Origin: an uncultured delta proteobacterium
GTDB lineage: Bacteria; Desulfobacterota; Binatia; UBA9968
Assembly (NCBI GenBank): GCA_963847445.1
Contig: CAWJZV010000009.1
Coordinates: 102,468-166,467 of the forward strand
Length of the DNA: 64,000 bases
Direction: 5' to 3'
Part shown: positions 20,938-41,975 of the stretch, piece by piece
Numbering within the stretch: the first letter of the stretch is position 1
How the letters are laid out: every line of letters begins with the position of its first letter
Position numbers and translations under genes: made by a program
The notes under the pieces: generated by a model
Databases searched by the model: none
Told to the model about the DNA's origin: nothing
What the model saw: the letters and a program-made list of their open reading frames with translations, nothing else

Positions 20938-21921
20938 TTACGGTTTCCAGCCGATCTTGTTGAGTTGCGCATCGGCCTCCGACGCGAAGCTGAAGTCGTA
21001 ACCCTTGGCGTTCGGTAAGGTTTCGTTGCCGTTGATCACCTGGCGGATGATGGCGAGATCGTTGCGCTGGGTCTCGTCGTCGACCATGCCGCTGCGCGTG
21101 AAGGTCGGTATGATGTCATCGTAGACGCGGTTGGCCTGCTGGCGCGAGACGTTGGCGAATTTCACCATTGCCGAGATCGTGCCTTCTTTGTCCTGGCGGA
21201 TATAGCGCAACGCCTTGATCGTCGCGCGCATAAAGCCGCCGACCATTTTGGGATTCTCCTTGATCAGCTTGTCGGTGGTCGCCAGCGTGCCCCAGGAGTT
21301 TTTCACCTCGTTGCCCATGAAAAACATTTCGCGCATGCCTTTATCCAGCGCGACGTAGCGTTGTTCAACGCTGAGAATCGCGGCGTCGAAGCCGCCGCCC
21401 AACAGCGCCGCGAGCTGATTGCCCTGTCCGACATCCAAGTAAGTCACATCTTTATTGCCGTCGAGGCCATGCTTGGTGAGCACTTGGCGCGCCATAAAAG
21501 TTGCGATGGCGGCGACCCCGGTGGTGGCGATTCGTTTACCTTTTAGATCTTTCGGGCTGGTAATTTCCGGCTTGGTGACGAACCACTGGAGTACTCTATC
21601 GTTGGTTGCGAGCACGACTTTCAGCGGCGTATTGCCGCGCGCGACGCTGACCAATGCGCTGCTGCCGGCGCCGGTGAAATGAATATCGCCGCCGAGCATC
21701 GCCTGGATGCTCGTGGTCGGCGCGACAAAGATGACCCTCTGATCGATCCCTTCCTCTTTCATGTAGCCCTTCTGTTGGGCGATCGGATAGATGACCATCT
21801 GAAAGCTGCGCGCGGGAATCGCCATGTTGACGATCTGGAGTGGCTGCGCGCTGGCAACCTTGGTTGCGAACAGAATAGTGCCAAGCGCGACAAATAAAAA
21901 AGTTAGAGAAGTACGCGTCAT
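20938..21921 (-). CDS. SsuA/NMT1-like substrate-binding protein
   Basis: Signal peptide, AQQKGYMKEEGID, DLKGKRIAT; close paralog of 23745..24788. Confidence 0.85.
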   Translation of the reverse strand: MTRTSLTFLFVALGTILFATKVASAQPLQIVNMAIPARSFQMVIYPIAQQKGYMKEEGIDQRVIFVAPTTSIQAMLGGDIHFTGAGSSALVSVARGNTPLKVVLATNDRVLQWFVTKPEITSPKDLKGKRIATTGVAAIATFMARQVLTKHGLDGNKDVTYLDVGQGNQLAALLGGGFDAAILSVEQRYVALDKGMREMFFMGNEVKNSWGTLATTDKLIKENPKMVGGFMRATIKALRYIRQDKEGTISAMVKFANVSRQQANRVYDDIIPTFTRSGMVDDETQRNDLAIIRQVINGNETLPNAKGYDFSFASEADAQLNKIGWKP

Positions 21922-22038
21922 GAGTTAGTTCCTCTCTATTATGCTGTTATAGTTGAAAGTTTTCGCATTACATTTGAGAAATCGCTCTCACCACGAAGGT
22001 CACGAAGGGTTCGGATCTTAAAATTCCGACCTTCGTGC

Positions 22039-22272
22039 TCTGCGTATTGCTATCCAAAAACTAACACCAACATGTTTGTCATAGCGTGCGGCTTTAAATT
22101 TTCGGGAGTCGAAGATTCTCGGATTCGGAAATTCCTCTCGCCAAGGCGCAAAGACGCCAAGTTCGGAAAGGAAAAAATAGGACTCTTACGATCGGTCTGC
22201 ACCATTTTATTTTCCGACCTTTGCGAGCTTAGCGCCTTTGCGAGAGATATTCCGAGTTTCGGTTGCGGCTGT
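22039..22272 (+). repeat. Composite palindromic element (family A variant), inverted homolog of 28611..28873
   Basis: ~130 bp (tgcgtattgctatccaaaaactaacacc...gacgccaagttcggaa) and ~55 bp (acctttgcgagcttagcgcctttgcgagagatattccgagtttc) match the reverse complement of the 28.6-28.9 kb copy. Confidence 0.85.
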
Positions 22273-22471
22273 GCCGCATTCTGTCCTTCGTCGTGAGTAC
22301 GATCCTTGCATCTTCAGTTGCGGCGCCACAAGAAATATTGAGAAAACCGAGAATGCCAATCTTGCCAGCATAGACCTAACTTGGACCACAGCCAGAGGGG
22401 CACTTGCCCTCATCCCACCCGTTTGTGGGCAGGATGAGGACTCGGTTTGCCTAAACAGATTTTATGGCGCG

Positions 22472-23566
22472 TTAATTCAGCGGGTAGAGTAGTTTGGGAT
22501 TGTCGAAAAACATCTTGTTGGCGATCGACTGCGGCACATCATCGCGCGCGCGGATGGCCGCGACCAACTGGCGCTCTTCGGATGGATCTTGATGGCCATA
22601 GTCGGAACCGATGATCAGATGATCCTCGCCGGTAAATTCAGAAATGTATTTGATGTCTTCGTCCGCTTCGGCGGCGACGAAGATGCGGTATTCGCGGAAC
22701 ATGTCTTTGTCGGAGGCGAACTGCCATTTTTCCTTGAACAGTCTTTTCAGGATATGCATCATAAACGGCACCCAGCCGGCTGAGGCTTCGATGAAACCGA
22801 ACTTCAGTTTGGGATACTGCTCGGGAATCTTGTTGGCGATCAGATCGCGGAACGCGAGGATCGGCTGAATCCGGCTATGGCCGAAGGTGTGATTGCGTTC
22901 GACATCGAATAATTTGATGAACAACGGGCAACCCGCGCCGGTGTGAATCAGAATCGGCAACTCGGTATCGTTGGCCGCCTGATAGATCGGATGGAAATAG
23001 GGATTATCCAAGGTGCGCTCGCCTTCGATGCCGCGGAAGAACACGCCCACCGCGCCGTTGTCTTTTGCCCATTTTATTTCTTTGACCGACTCTTCGGTGG
23101 AATGGAGCGGCGGCACGACGACCCAGCGCATGCGCCCGCCGGATTTGGCGCAGGCTTGCGCGATGAAGCGGTTGTAAGCGCGCGCCATGGCGACATCGAG
23201 GGCGGCATCGTCGGTGATGTAAATGAGAAACAGCGTCGGAAACACCACCTGCGTGTCGACGCCCAACTTATCCATGTCGCGCAGCCGGCCAGGAATGTCG
23301 GTCATCTCGCGGTAGGGCAGATGAATATCGCCGCGGGCCAATTCGAATTTCGATGCCGATGGCGTGATCAGGCGAAAGCTGCCCTTGCCGTTGGGTTTGG
23401 GAAAAATGTTGCCGTCGATCAGCCAGAACGCATTGCGCGCGCCGTAGAGCGTATCTTCCGGACCCTTGAGCATGACGGGACGGCGCGCGTACATGTCTTT
23501 GTCGAACATCGCCCACATCGCCTCGCCTTCGGAAATATGGGTATCCGAATCGATTATGCCTGCCAT
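22472..23566 (-). CDS. Amidohydrolase family 2 protein
   Basis: IIDSDTH, DMDKLGVDTQVVFPT, ILIH, FGFIEASAGWVP, GSDYGH. Confidence 0.88.
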   Translation of the reverse strand: MAGIIDSDTHISEGEAMWAMFDKDMYARRPVMLKGPEDTLYGARNAFWLIDGNIFPKPNGKGSFRLITPSASKFELARGDIHLPYREMTDIPGRLRDMDKLGVDTQVVFPTLFLIYITDDAALDVAMARAYNRFIAQACAKSGGRMRWVVVPPLHSTEESVKEIKWAKDNGAVGVFFRGIEGERTLDNPYFHPIYQAANDTELPILIHTGAGCPLFIKLFDVERNHTFGHSRIQPILAFRDLIANKIPEQYPKLKFGFIEASAGWVPFMMHILKRLFKEKWQFASDKDMFREYRIFVAAEADEDIKYISEFTGEDHLIIGSDYGHQDPSEERQLVAAIRARDDVPQSIANKMFFDNPKLLYPLN

Positions 23567-23744
23567 AAAAATCCTCCTTATAGTTTGACGCGTTCGAAAT
23601 GAAATTTAACCCCTCTGCACGACCAAAAAACTGGAGTGTTGGGGCCGATCCCGGCGTTCGCGCTGATTGACGATCACGAGGCACGAGCACAATGATGGAA
23701 TCACCACACCCAGTACTCCAATACTCCATTACTCCAATCTTTGT

Positions 23745-24788
23745 CTACGGTTTCCACCCCGCTTTGGTCAACTGCCGGTCGGCGTCCAGGGCGAAGCTGA
23801 AATCGAACGCCCGCGCCGGCGCCAGGGATTCTTTGGAATCGAGCACCTGGCGAATCACCGCGAGATCGTTCTTCTGCGTCTCTTCATCGACGGCGCCGTT
23901 GGCGGTAAAGGTGCCGATCAGGTCGTCATACAGCCGCGTCACAGTCGCTTGGGGCAAGCCGGAAAACTTGGTAAACGCGGCGATGGTGCCGTCGCGATCC
24001 CGTTTGATCAGCCGCAAGGCTTTCAACGTCGCGCGCGTGAACCCGGCCATGACCTTGGGCTGCTCCTTCATGAATTTCTCCGAAGCCGCGGTGGTACCCC
24101 AGGAATTTTTCACCTCGTTGCCGAGGTACATGAGTTCCTTCATGCCGTTATCGACCCCCGCATAGCGCTGCTCGACACTGACGATCGCCGCATCCACAGC
24201 GCCCGACATCAGCGCCACCGCTTGATTACCCACGCCCGGATCGACAAAGAACACATCCTTGCTGCCGTCGAGGCCATACTTGGGCAGGAGATTTTTAAAC
24301 ATGAAGGTCGAGATCGAAGCGACGCCCGTGGTGGCGATCTTCTTGCCTTTGAGCTCCTTGATGCTGGTAATGTTGGGCCGGCTGAGTATCCATTGATGCA
24401 CGCGGTCGTTGACCGCGAGCACTACTTTAACGGGAATGTTGCCGCGCGCGATGGCGACCAACGCGCTGCCGCCGGCACCCGTCAGCTGAATACTATCGGC
24501 GACCAGAGCCTGAATGCTCGGCGTCGGTTCCATGAAGGTGATCTTCAAGTCGATCCCTTCTTCCTTCATGTAGCCGCGCTCCTGCGCCAACGGGAAAATA
24601 ATCTGTTGAAAACTCTTGGCCGGCAGCGCGATGGTGACTTCCGCGGCGCTAACCGAGTGCACCATTGGCGTCATCGAGCTACAAAGCATGCTAACCCACA
24701 CGGTTACCCACGCGACCGTCGGTGAAACACGTAAGCGTGTCTTTTCGCTAACGAACATGAGAATAAGCTCCTTCCCCAACTGTTCCAT
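23745..24788 (-). CDS. SsuA/NMT1-like substrate-binding protein (start uncertain)
   Basis: AQERGYMKEEGID, ELKGKKIATTGVAS, GNEVKNSWGT shared with 20938..21921. Confidence 0.85.
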   Translation of the reverse strand: MEQLGKELILMFVSEKTRLRVSPTVAWVTVWVSMLCSSMTPMVHSVSAAEVTIALPAKSFQQIIFPLAQERGYMKEEGIDLKITFMEPTPSIQALVADSIQLTGAGGSALVAIARGNIPVKVVLAVNDRVHQWILSRPNITSIKELKGKKIATTGVASISTFMFKNLLPKYGLDGSKDVFFVDPGVGNQAVALMSGAVDAAIVSVEQRYAGVDNGMKELMYLGNEVKNSWGTTAASEKFMKEQPKVMAGFTRATLKALRLIKRDRDGTIAAFTKFSGLPQATVTRLYDDLIGTFTANGAVDEETQKNDLAVIRQVLDSKESLAPARAFDFSFALDADRQLTKAGWKP

Positions 24789-24885
24789 GGCAATCGCAAA
24801 AACAACACTTCGAGGGCAAAATTACTCCGGTGACGGATCTTCGACGGTTCAGACAACCTTGAACCTTGAACTCCCTAGTCCCAGG

Positions 24886-25785
24886 CTATACTTTCACCGC
24901 CCCAGGTATCGCCCACTCCGACGCGATCTGCCGCGCGTTGGCCGCCTGGTCCGTCGACACTTGGGCGACCAGCTTGCCCATGTGCAGCATATCGATCTGC
25001 AGCGACTCGTTCATGTAGCCGAGATAATCGTCAAACGTCCGCTCGGCGAGGGAACGGTAGTGAGCGAATTTGTCGATCAATAGCTGCACGACTTTCTCGC
25101 GATTGGCCTTGGCGTGAAGAATCCCTTCGCGGTGCGCCGTTAAAAATAGTCTGAAATCCTTCTCCCGCTCGCCGAGCAGCTTCTGCGTCGTCTCAATGGT
25201 GATCGGCAATGGATCGTCGACCAGATCGTTCCAGTCGAGCATGCGGTGAAAACCTTTGTCTTCGGCGACGAAACCATAGGGCCGCGGCACGATCGCCGCC
25301 GCGGCTTTTTTGTCGAGCAAGCTGTGAAACGCTTCTTGGTCGCTGCCGACCAGCTTGATTTGGAAATCATGACTCGCATCGATGCCGCCGAGCTGCTGGA
25401 ACTGCCAGCCCAGCGGCACGCCGCGCGCCGGTCCGTCGCGGCAGACGACGGTTTGGCCTTTGAGATCTTTAATCTCTTTGATCGCCCCGTCGGCAACCAA
25501 CAGATACGGGCAGCTGTTCATGGCGCAGCCGATCACCCGGGTAGTCTTGGTATCGAGGAAATGTTGCAGCGAGGCGCGGCCGACGACGAACGACAGCTGC
25601 GCTTCGCCATTCTCCAATCTCCGGTAGCGCTCCTCGGTTCCCTGCACGTGATTCCAGGAAATTTCCAGTCCATGTTTTTCGTAGATGCCATCGGCGATCG
25701 ACAGATAGCCGGTGACATCGCGGGCGAACTTGCCGTCGATGCCTTCGAGATGTCCGTACATACAGCTGAGTTTGGTCAGAGCCAT
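24886..25785 (-). CDS. SsuA/NMT1-fold protein lacking a signal peptide
   Basis: GIYEKHGLEI, IKDLKGQTV, binding-protein-like C-terminus; AGGAGA RBS; no hydrophobic leader. Confidence 0.7.
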   Translation of the reverse strand: MALTKLSCMYGHLEGIDGKFARDVTGYLSIADGIYEKHGLEISWNHVQGTEERYRRLENGEAQLSFVVGRASLQHFLDTKTTRVIGCAMNSCPYLLVADGAIKEIKDLKGQTVVCRDGPARGVPLGWQFQQLGGIDASHDFQIKLVGSDQEAFHSLLDKKAAAAIVPRPYGFVAEDKGFHRMLDWNDLVDDPLPITIETTQKLLGEREKDFRLFLTAHREGILHAKANREKVVQLLIDKFAHYRSLAERTFDDYLGYMNESLQIDMLHMGKLVAQVSTDQAANARQIASEWAIPGAVKV

Positions 25786-26042
25786 TGGCGTTTCTCCTTC
25801 GTAGCTTCCTCTATATTACGGTTGGCGCCGCCAGACAAACTTGGCCTGGGCTGGTGGTGCGGTTTGGCCAGGACCCTCGTCGTTCGGCATGACCGCCCCC
25901 TACCCGTCATTTCGAGCGAAGCGATAAATCTTTCCCGCGCCGCAGCAACACTGGGCCGTTACTCGGCCTTGACAGCGCTCCAATAACCGGACTAGATTCT
26001 TGCATTCGGTCACAGTAACACCAACCTACTAAGGAGGGTCCC

Positions 26043-26474
26043 ATGAAAGTCTTAGATGTTTTGGAAATGTCGAAGGGCCGCAAGAAAGGCCAGCGCCGCA
26101 TCGATATTTTCCGCCGCGAGAATCTGGAAACCTGGATTCTCTGCTTCCCCCCCGGCGACGTGCAAGTCATGCATAACCATCCGTCGGACCGGAGCTACTA
26201 TGTCTTGACCGGCAAAGGCATCATCAAAGGGCGTAACGAAACCCACGAGGTCTCCCAGGGGCAGATCATCAGCATCCCGGCCCATGAGTTCTACGAAGGC
26301 TCGAATCCCAATGACGAGCCAATGATCTTATTAGGCAATAGCCACAAAGCGACGGCGGAAGATGTCGCCAAAGCCGGCGGACAAAGAAACGAGATCGACG
26401 CCAAGACCGGCAAGCGGGTGGTCTTCCAACATGGCGGCGGCCAAGACATGGGCGTGCTCGCCGACTGGAACTGA
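26043..26474 (+). CDS. Cupin domain protein
   Basis: MHNHPSDRSYYVLTGKG and IPAHEFY cupin motifs; AGGAGG RBS. Confidence 0.8.
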   Translation: MKVLDVLEMSKGRKKGQRRIDIFRRENLETWILCFPPGDVQVMHNHPSDRSYYVLTGKGIIKGRNETHEVSQGQIISIPAHEFYEGSNPNDEPMILLGNSHKATAEDVAKAGGQRNEIDAKTGKRVVFQHGGGQDMGVLADWN

Positions 26475-26493
26475 ATTTAACTCATCCGCCAAG

Positions 26494-26533
26494 ACAAAGC
26501 CCGGTCGAGTGCCAACTCGCCGGGCTTTGTTTT
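26494..26533 (+). terminator. Rho-independent terminator
   Basis: acaaagcccgg...ccgggctttgt followed by T-run. Confidence 0.65.
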
Positions 26534-26564
26534 AGCCGTGAACATCCTCGACTACCAACAGATG

Positions 26565-26741
26565 AAATCCGAAGCACGAATATCGAATGCGGCCCCGCGG
26601 ACCGAAACAAACGCAGTCAAACAAAACTCAAACTCGGAAAATCCAAAACAAGGAATCCGAATTAGGTTTGTTTGGAACATTGCATTGTTTTTGGTCATTT
26701 GAATTTGTTTCGGGATTTCGATGCTTCGGATTTCGGATTTT
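26565..26741 (+). repeat. ~175-bp AT-rich palindromic MITE-like element, family B copy 1
   Basis: aaatccgaa...ttcggattt termini; core aaatccaaaac(a/g)aggaatccga...ttgtttggaac shared with 41745 (inverted) and 59840. Confidence 0.8.
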
Positions 26742-27459
26742 AATCTTTTTCATCCCCCTCAGCCCCGCCTCTTCGTCCATAAGCACCTTGCAGCGTACGT
26801 GTCTTGACGAAGCCCATCATCTGCTCGTCGCTGCGAAATTTCGCCATATCGTAGCTCTCGTAGTGCAGCATCTCATTCAGCTGCCGGCGCGGCGGCGCGG
26901 CGACTTGAGATTTAGCGAAACCGATCGGGACCAAATGATAAATCCGCAGCGGCTCGGGAATCTTGAGCAGCGCCTTGATCATCGTCTCCATATACGGCGA
27001 GTTGGCGTCGCTGACATACTGCGACGCCAGGCCGAGCGACACCGCCGCCAGGTGAATCAATAGCGTTGCGTTGGCCAGGCCGGTGATGAAGTGCGACTCG
27101 GCCTTCTCCAGTTTGGTGCGGATCGGATAGGCTTCTTTGACTCGCGGATCGCCGAGAATAATGATGTGCACCGGCGCGTGGCGAAAGCCGTCGCCGGTCA
27201 TCTTCGCCGTGCCGCGCACCGCCATGTCCATCTCGCGCTTCTGTTCCATCTGCTTAAGATAGTAATCGGCGATCTTATGCCGCGTCGCGCGCTCGCGCAC
27301 GATCACGAACTCCCAAGGCTGCCCGTTGCCGCCCGACGGAGCCCAGCGGGCACAGTTAAGAATCGTCCGAATCGTCTCGTCGGACACGTCGCGATTTTCA
27401 TCGTAACCGCGAATACTGCGGCGCTGCTCGACCAATGTCTGTAGCTTATCGATTTTCAT
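26740..27459 (-). CDS. Nitroreductase family protein
   Basis: RRSIRGY, ARWAPSGGNGQPWEFVIV, LAAVSLGL, VPIGF. Confidence 0.88.
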   Translation of the reverse strand: MKIDKLQTLVEQRRSIRGYDENRDVSDETIRTILNCARWAPSGGNGQPWEFVIVRERATRHKIADYYLKQMEQKREMDMAVRGTAKMTGDGFRHAPVHIIILGDPRVKEAYPIRTKLEKAESHFITGLANATLLIHLAAVSLGLASQYVSDANSPYMETMIKALLKIPEPLRIYHLVPIGFAKSQVAAPPRRQLNEMLHYESYDMAKFRSDEQMMGFVKTRTLQGAYGRRGGAEGDEKD

Positions 27460-27481
27460 TCGCGTCCTCCAACTGCATACT

Positions 27482-27660
27482 CTCGGATTCGGATATCTTT
27501 CGCGCGAAGGCGCAAAGACGCCAAGCTCGGAATCGTTGTCCTTTTGATCACAGGGAGAAATCTTTTTTATATCCCTCGCATTCGCTTGGGATGACAAACC
27601 GAGACCCGTCACCTTTGCGCCTTGGTGCCTTTGCGAGAGATATGCCGATTCCGAATCCTT
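27482..27660 (+). repeat. Nested palindromic element family A
   Basis: Outer arms aggcgcaaagacgccaag / cttggtgcctttgcgagagat enclose inner arms gggagaaatct and atccctcgcattcgcttgggatgac. Confidence 0.8.
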
Positions 27661-27835
27661 CTTGGTTGCAGCTTTCCCGCGCTACGTCTCCGTGTCGCAT
27701 GCCCGTTCACAGTAAACGTGGACGAGTCTCAATTTCAAGTTGCTATAGGAGCTCTCGTTCGACGTGTCCTAACCCCTCGCGCATTGAGGGGAAATCACGG
27801 TATTATGGTAGACGAAACTCATTTGGAGGATACTG

Positions 27836-28096
27836 ATGCCGCGTATTAGCGAGTTCTTCGGTATTGTGATCTACATGTACTACAATGACCATAATCCAGG
27901 CCATTTCCATGCGGAGTATGCCGAGAGCGAAGCATCCTTCACGATAAATACCTTGGAAGTGTTAGAAGGGGAAATGCCGCGCCGCCCGCGCGCCCTTGTC
28001 ATCGAATGGGCCTCACTCCACCGAGAGGAGATTCGCGCCAATTGGGAGCGTGCAAGACAAGGTCTTCCGCTCCATATCATTGAACCGTTAGAATGA
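27836..28096 (+). CDS. DUF4160 protein (DhiT-like toxin)
   Basis: MPRISEFFGIVIYMYYNDHNPGHFHAEY...EWASLHREEIRANW...IEPLE is the typical DUF4160 sequence. Confidence 0.85.
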   Translation: MPRISEFFGIVIYMYYNDHNPGHFHAEYAESEASFTINTLEVLEGEMPRRPRALVIEWASLHREEIRANWERARQGLPLHIIEPLE

Positions 28097-28113
28097 CTGA
28101 AAGGAGTTACGCC

Positions 28114-28416
28114 ATGCCTCGTCCAGTACGTATCCGTGCCGTCGAGCCCTTGAAGGATTTCCAGGTCCGCTTAGAGTTTACCGATGGTACGACGAAAGAA
28201 ATTGATCTTCAGCGTTATCTGCACGGGCCGATCTTTGAGCCGATACGGACCGATCCGCAAATGTTTCGTTCGGTTAAAGTTGATCCCCGCATGGGCACGC
28301 TTGCATGGGATAATGGCGCCGATATCGATCCAGATGTGTTGTACAAAGATTTGACACCAGCGTGGATGGAATCGGATCCGGACGAAGGGGGTGGCAGACT
28401 TCCGCGCGCAAGTTAA
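28114..28416 (+). CDS. DUF2442 protein (cognate antitoxin-like)
   Basis: LEFTDG...GPIFEP...GTLAWDNGADIDPDVLY; follows DUF4160. Confidence 0.85.
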   Translation: MPRPVRIRAVEPLKDFQVRLEFTDGTTKEIDLQRYLHGPIFEPIRTDPQMFRSVKVDPRMGTLAWDNGADIDPDVLYKDLTPAWMESDPDEGGGRLPRAS

Positions 28417-28491
28417 CCAGGTTTGCTTTACCTCACCGCCGACATCCCTCACCTTCGCGCCTCACGCGCATTTTAGTGCTTTAGACCCTTC

Positions 28492-28533
28492 CTTGACGCC
28501 GGGCATGCACCTGGCTTAGAAGTCAGCTCAGCC
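28492..28533 (+). promoter_or_regulatory. 42-bp conserved upstream motif, copy 1 (putative promoter of the GAF-kinase family)
   Basis: cttgacgccgggcatgcacctggcttagaagtcagctcagcc; 3 mismatches to 34679..34720. Confidence 0.6.
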
Positions 28534-28610
28534 GCAGAGAGGGATTCGGACATTGCACCACACGCTTTTCCCCAGACTTCGCTGGGGAAAAGAGGTTCGC
28601 CTGTCGGCGA

Positions 28611-28873
28611 ACAGCCGCAATCGAAACTCGGAATATCTCTCGCAAAGGCGCTAAGCTCGCAAAGGTGACGGGCGATGCCCGTCATCCCGAGGGAACACGA
28701 GGGATCTAAGATAGATTTCTCCCAAGGGTCGAAATGACAACAATTCCGAACTTGGCGTCTTTGCGCCTTGGCGAGAGGAATTTCCGAATCCGAGAATCTT
28801 CGACTCCCGGAATATTAAAGCCGCACGCTATGACAAACATGTTGGTGTTAGTTTTTGGATAGCAATACGCAGA
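28611..28873 (-). repeat. Nested palindromic element family A (inverted)
   Basis: Same outer and inner arms as the 27482, 33604 and 42381 copies; flanks shared with the 22039 copy. Confidence 0.85.
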
Positions 28874-28984
28874 GACGCTGAGGGCGCAGAGTACCAAAAG
28901 TTAGAAATCCGATTGTCGAACTATTACTCTGCTAACTTTGCGTCTCGACGGTGAATCATCTTTCGCATTAAAGCCGTAGCTTTT

Positions 28985-33465
<4,481 letters not shown>

Positions 33466-33470
33466 GAATC

Positions 33471-33745
33471 ATCTCCCGCAAAGGCGCAAAGACGCCAAGG
33501 TGGGAGAGATCAGTCATCGTCGGTCATGTTGTTTGTCTGAGTGTTGTTTAAACTTTGCGACTTGGCGTCTTGGCGAGAGATAATCCGAATCCGGATAAGA
33601 ATATACTCTCGCAAAGGCGCAAAGACGCCAAGTTCGAACGTTGTCATTTCGAACGAAGAGAGAAATCCTTCTTAGATCCCTCGCATTCGCTCGGGATGAC
33701 AGGCCTCTGGCCCGTCACTTGGGGTCTTAGCGCCTTGGCGGGAGT
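33471..33745 (+). repeat. Two tandem family A elements (first with an unrelated interior, second with the nested inner hairpins)
   Basis: gcaaaggcgcaaagacgccaag at 33478 and 33611, each closed by a reverse arm. Confidence 0.85.
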
Positions 33746-33806
33746 AAAGTTCTTGAAGTCGTTCTGTCGCACGTTTTAGAGGGTACAAACTTAGGAGGAA
33801 GTCGTT

Positions 33807-34625
33807 ATGCCGATCATCACGATCTATCAAGGCGCGTCGGGCGAAGGTCAGGAATTGGCCGAAACCGTGGCACGGGCGCTTGACTACCGTTGTGTCGGGC
33901 GGGAGGTGCTCGTTGAGGCGAGCCGGCGCTATGGCATTGCCGAAGCAAAGCTCAACGAGATCGTCGAGAAAGGCCCTCACTGGTGGGAGCGTCTGCTGCA
34001 AGATCTGCGGCCCTACCGGATCGCGCTTCAAGCCACGTTGTGCGAACTGGCTCACGACGGCAAGGCGGTTTACCACGGCCACCTAGGTCATGAGCTTTTG
34101 TTCGGTATCGGCCATGTCCTTAAAGTTTTGCTTAGCGCGCCGATAGAATTTCGCGTTGAACAAGTCCGAGCACGACAAGGACTCACTGACGCGGCGGCGC
34201 GCAACTATATCGATGAGGTCGACAAGGCCCGCAGCCGCCGGCTCATGGAGATGTTCGGCGCCGATTGGCGCGATCCCAATCGTTATGACCTGGTCCTCAA
34301 CATGAGCAAAATGAGCCGAGAAGGAGCGAAGCGTGTGATTATCGAGGCAGCAAAACTCGACGAGTATCAGCCCACTGCCGCATCAAATCAGGCTTTCAAC
34401 GACCTTTCTCTTGGCTCCCGGGTCCAGGCAACGTTATTTGCGTCGCCTGACCTACAAGGATCGGCGCTCGAAGTCCGCGCCGAGGACGGCCATATTCACG
34501 TGAAGGGCAGAGTAGACCAAGGATTGGAAGACGAAGTCGTGAGGATCGTGAAAAGCGTGTCGGGTGTGAGCCAGATGACGGCTGATATCTATTCCGTTCC
34601 TCCGGAAGCTCTTCTAGGAGGCTAA
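33807..34625 (+). CDS. Cytidylate kinase-like family protein with C-terminal BON domain
   Basis: IITIYQGASGEGQELA, LKVLLSAPIEFRVEQV, DKARSRR...FGADWRDPNRYDLVLN; C-terminal LEVRAEDGHIHVKGRV...VKSVSGV (BON); AGGAGG RBS. Confidence 0.8.
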   Translation: MPIITIYQGASGEGQELAETVARALDYRCVGREVLVEASRRYGIAEAKLNEIVEKGPHWWERLLQDLRPYRIALQATLCELAHDGKAVYHGHLGHELLFGIGHVLKVLLSAPIEFRVEQVRARQGLTDAAARNYIDEVDKARSRRLMEMFGADWRDPNRYDLVLNMSKMSREGAKRVIIEAAKLDEYQPTAASNQAFNDLSLGSRVQATLFASPDLQGSALEVRAEDGHIHVKGRVDQGLEDEVVRIVKSVSGVSQMTADIYSVPPEALLGG

Positions 34626-34678
34626 GTTACGGGCAATTTGTCTGGCCGATTGCAAAGTTTAATGCTCCAAAAACCTTG

Positions 34679-34720
34679 CTTGACGCCGGGGATGTACCTG
34701 GCTTAGAAGACAGCTCAGCC
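34679..34720 (+). promoter_or_regulatory. 42-bp conserved upstream motif, copy 2
   Basis: cttgacgccggggatgtacctggcttagaagacagctcagcc ending 15 nt before the kinase 2 ATG. Confidence 0.6.
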
Positions 34721-34735
34721 CACTTGGTTTCCTAA

Positions 34736-41741
<7,006 letters not shown>

Positions 41742-41744
41742 GAA

Positions 41745-41915
41745 AAATCCGAATATCGAAATCCGAAATCCGAAACAAATTCAAAATGATCGAAAACAAA
41801 TACAATGTTCCAAACAAAACTGATTCGGATTCCTCGTTTTGGATTTTCTGGGTTTGAAATTTACTTTGCCCCGGCGTTTCGTTTGCGGGAGTTTCGATAT
41901 TCGGATTTCGGATTT
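41745..41915 (-). repeat. Family B MITE-like element copy 2 (inverted)
   Basis: Reverse complement aligns over its full length with 26565..26741. Confidence 0.8.
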
Positions 41916-41975
41916 GACATGCAGCGGCTAATCATGTGATGGGCCCGAGAACCCAGAGCGGTAGATGAGGACGAC

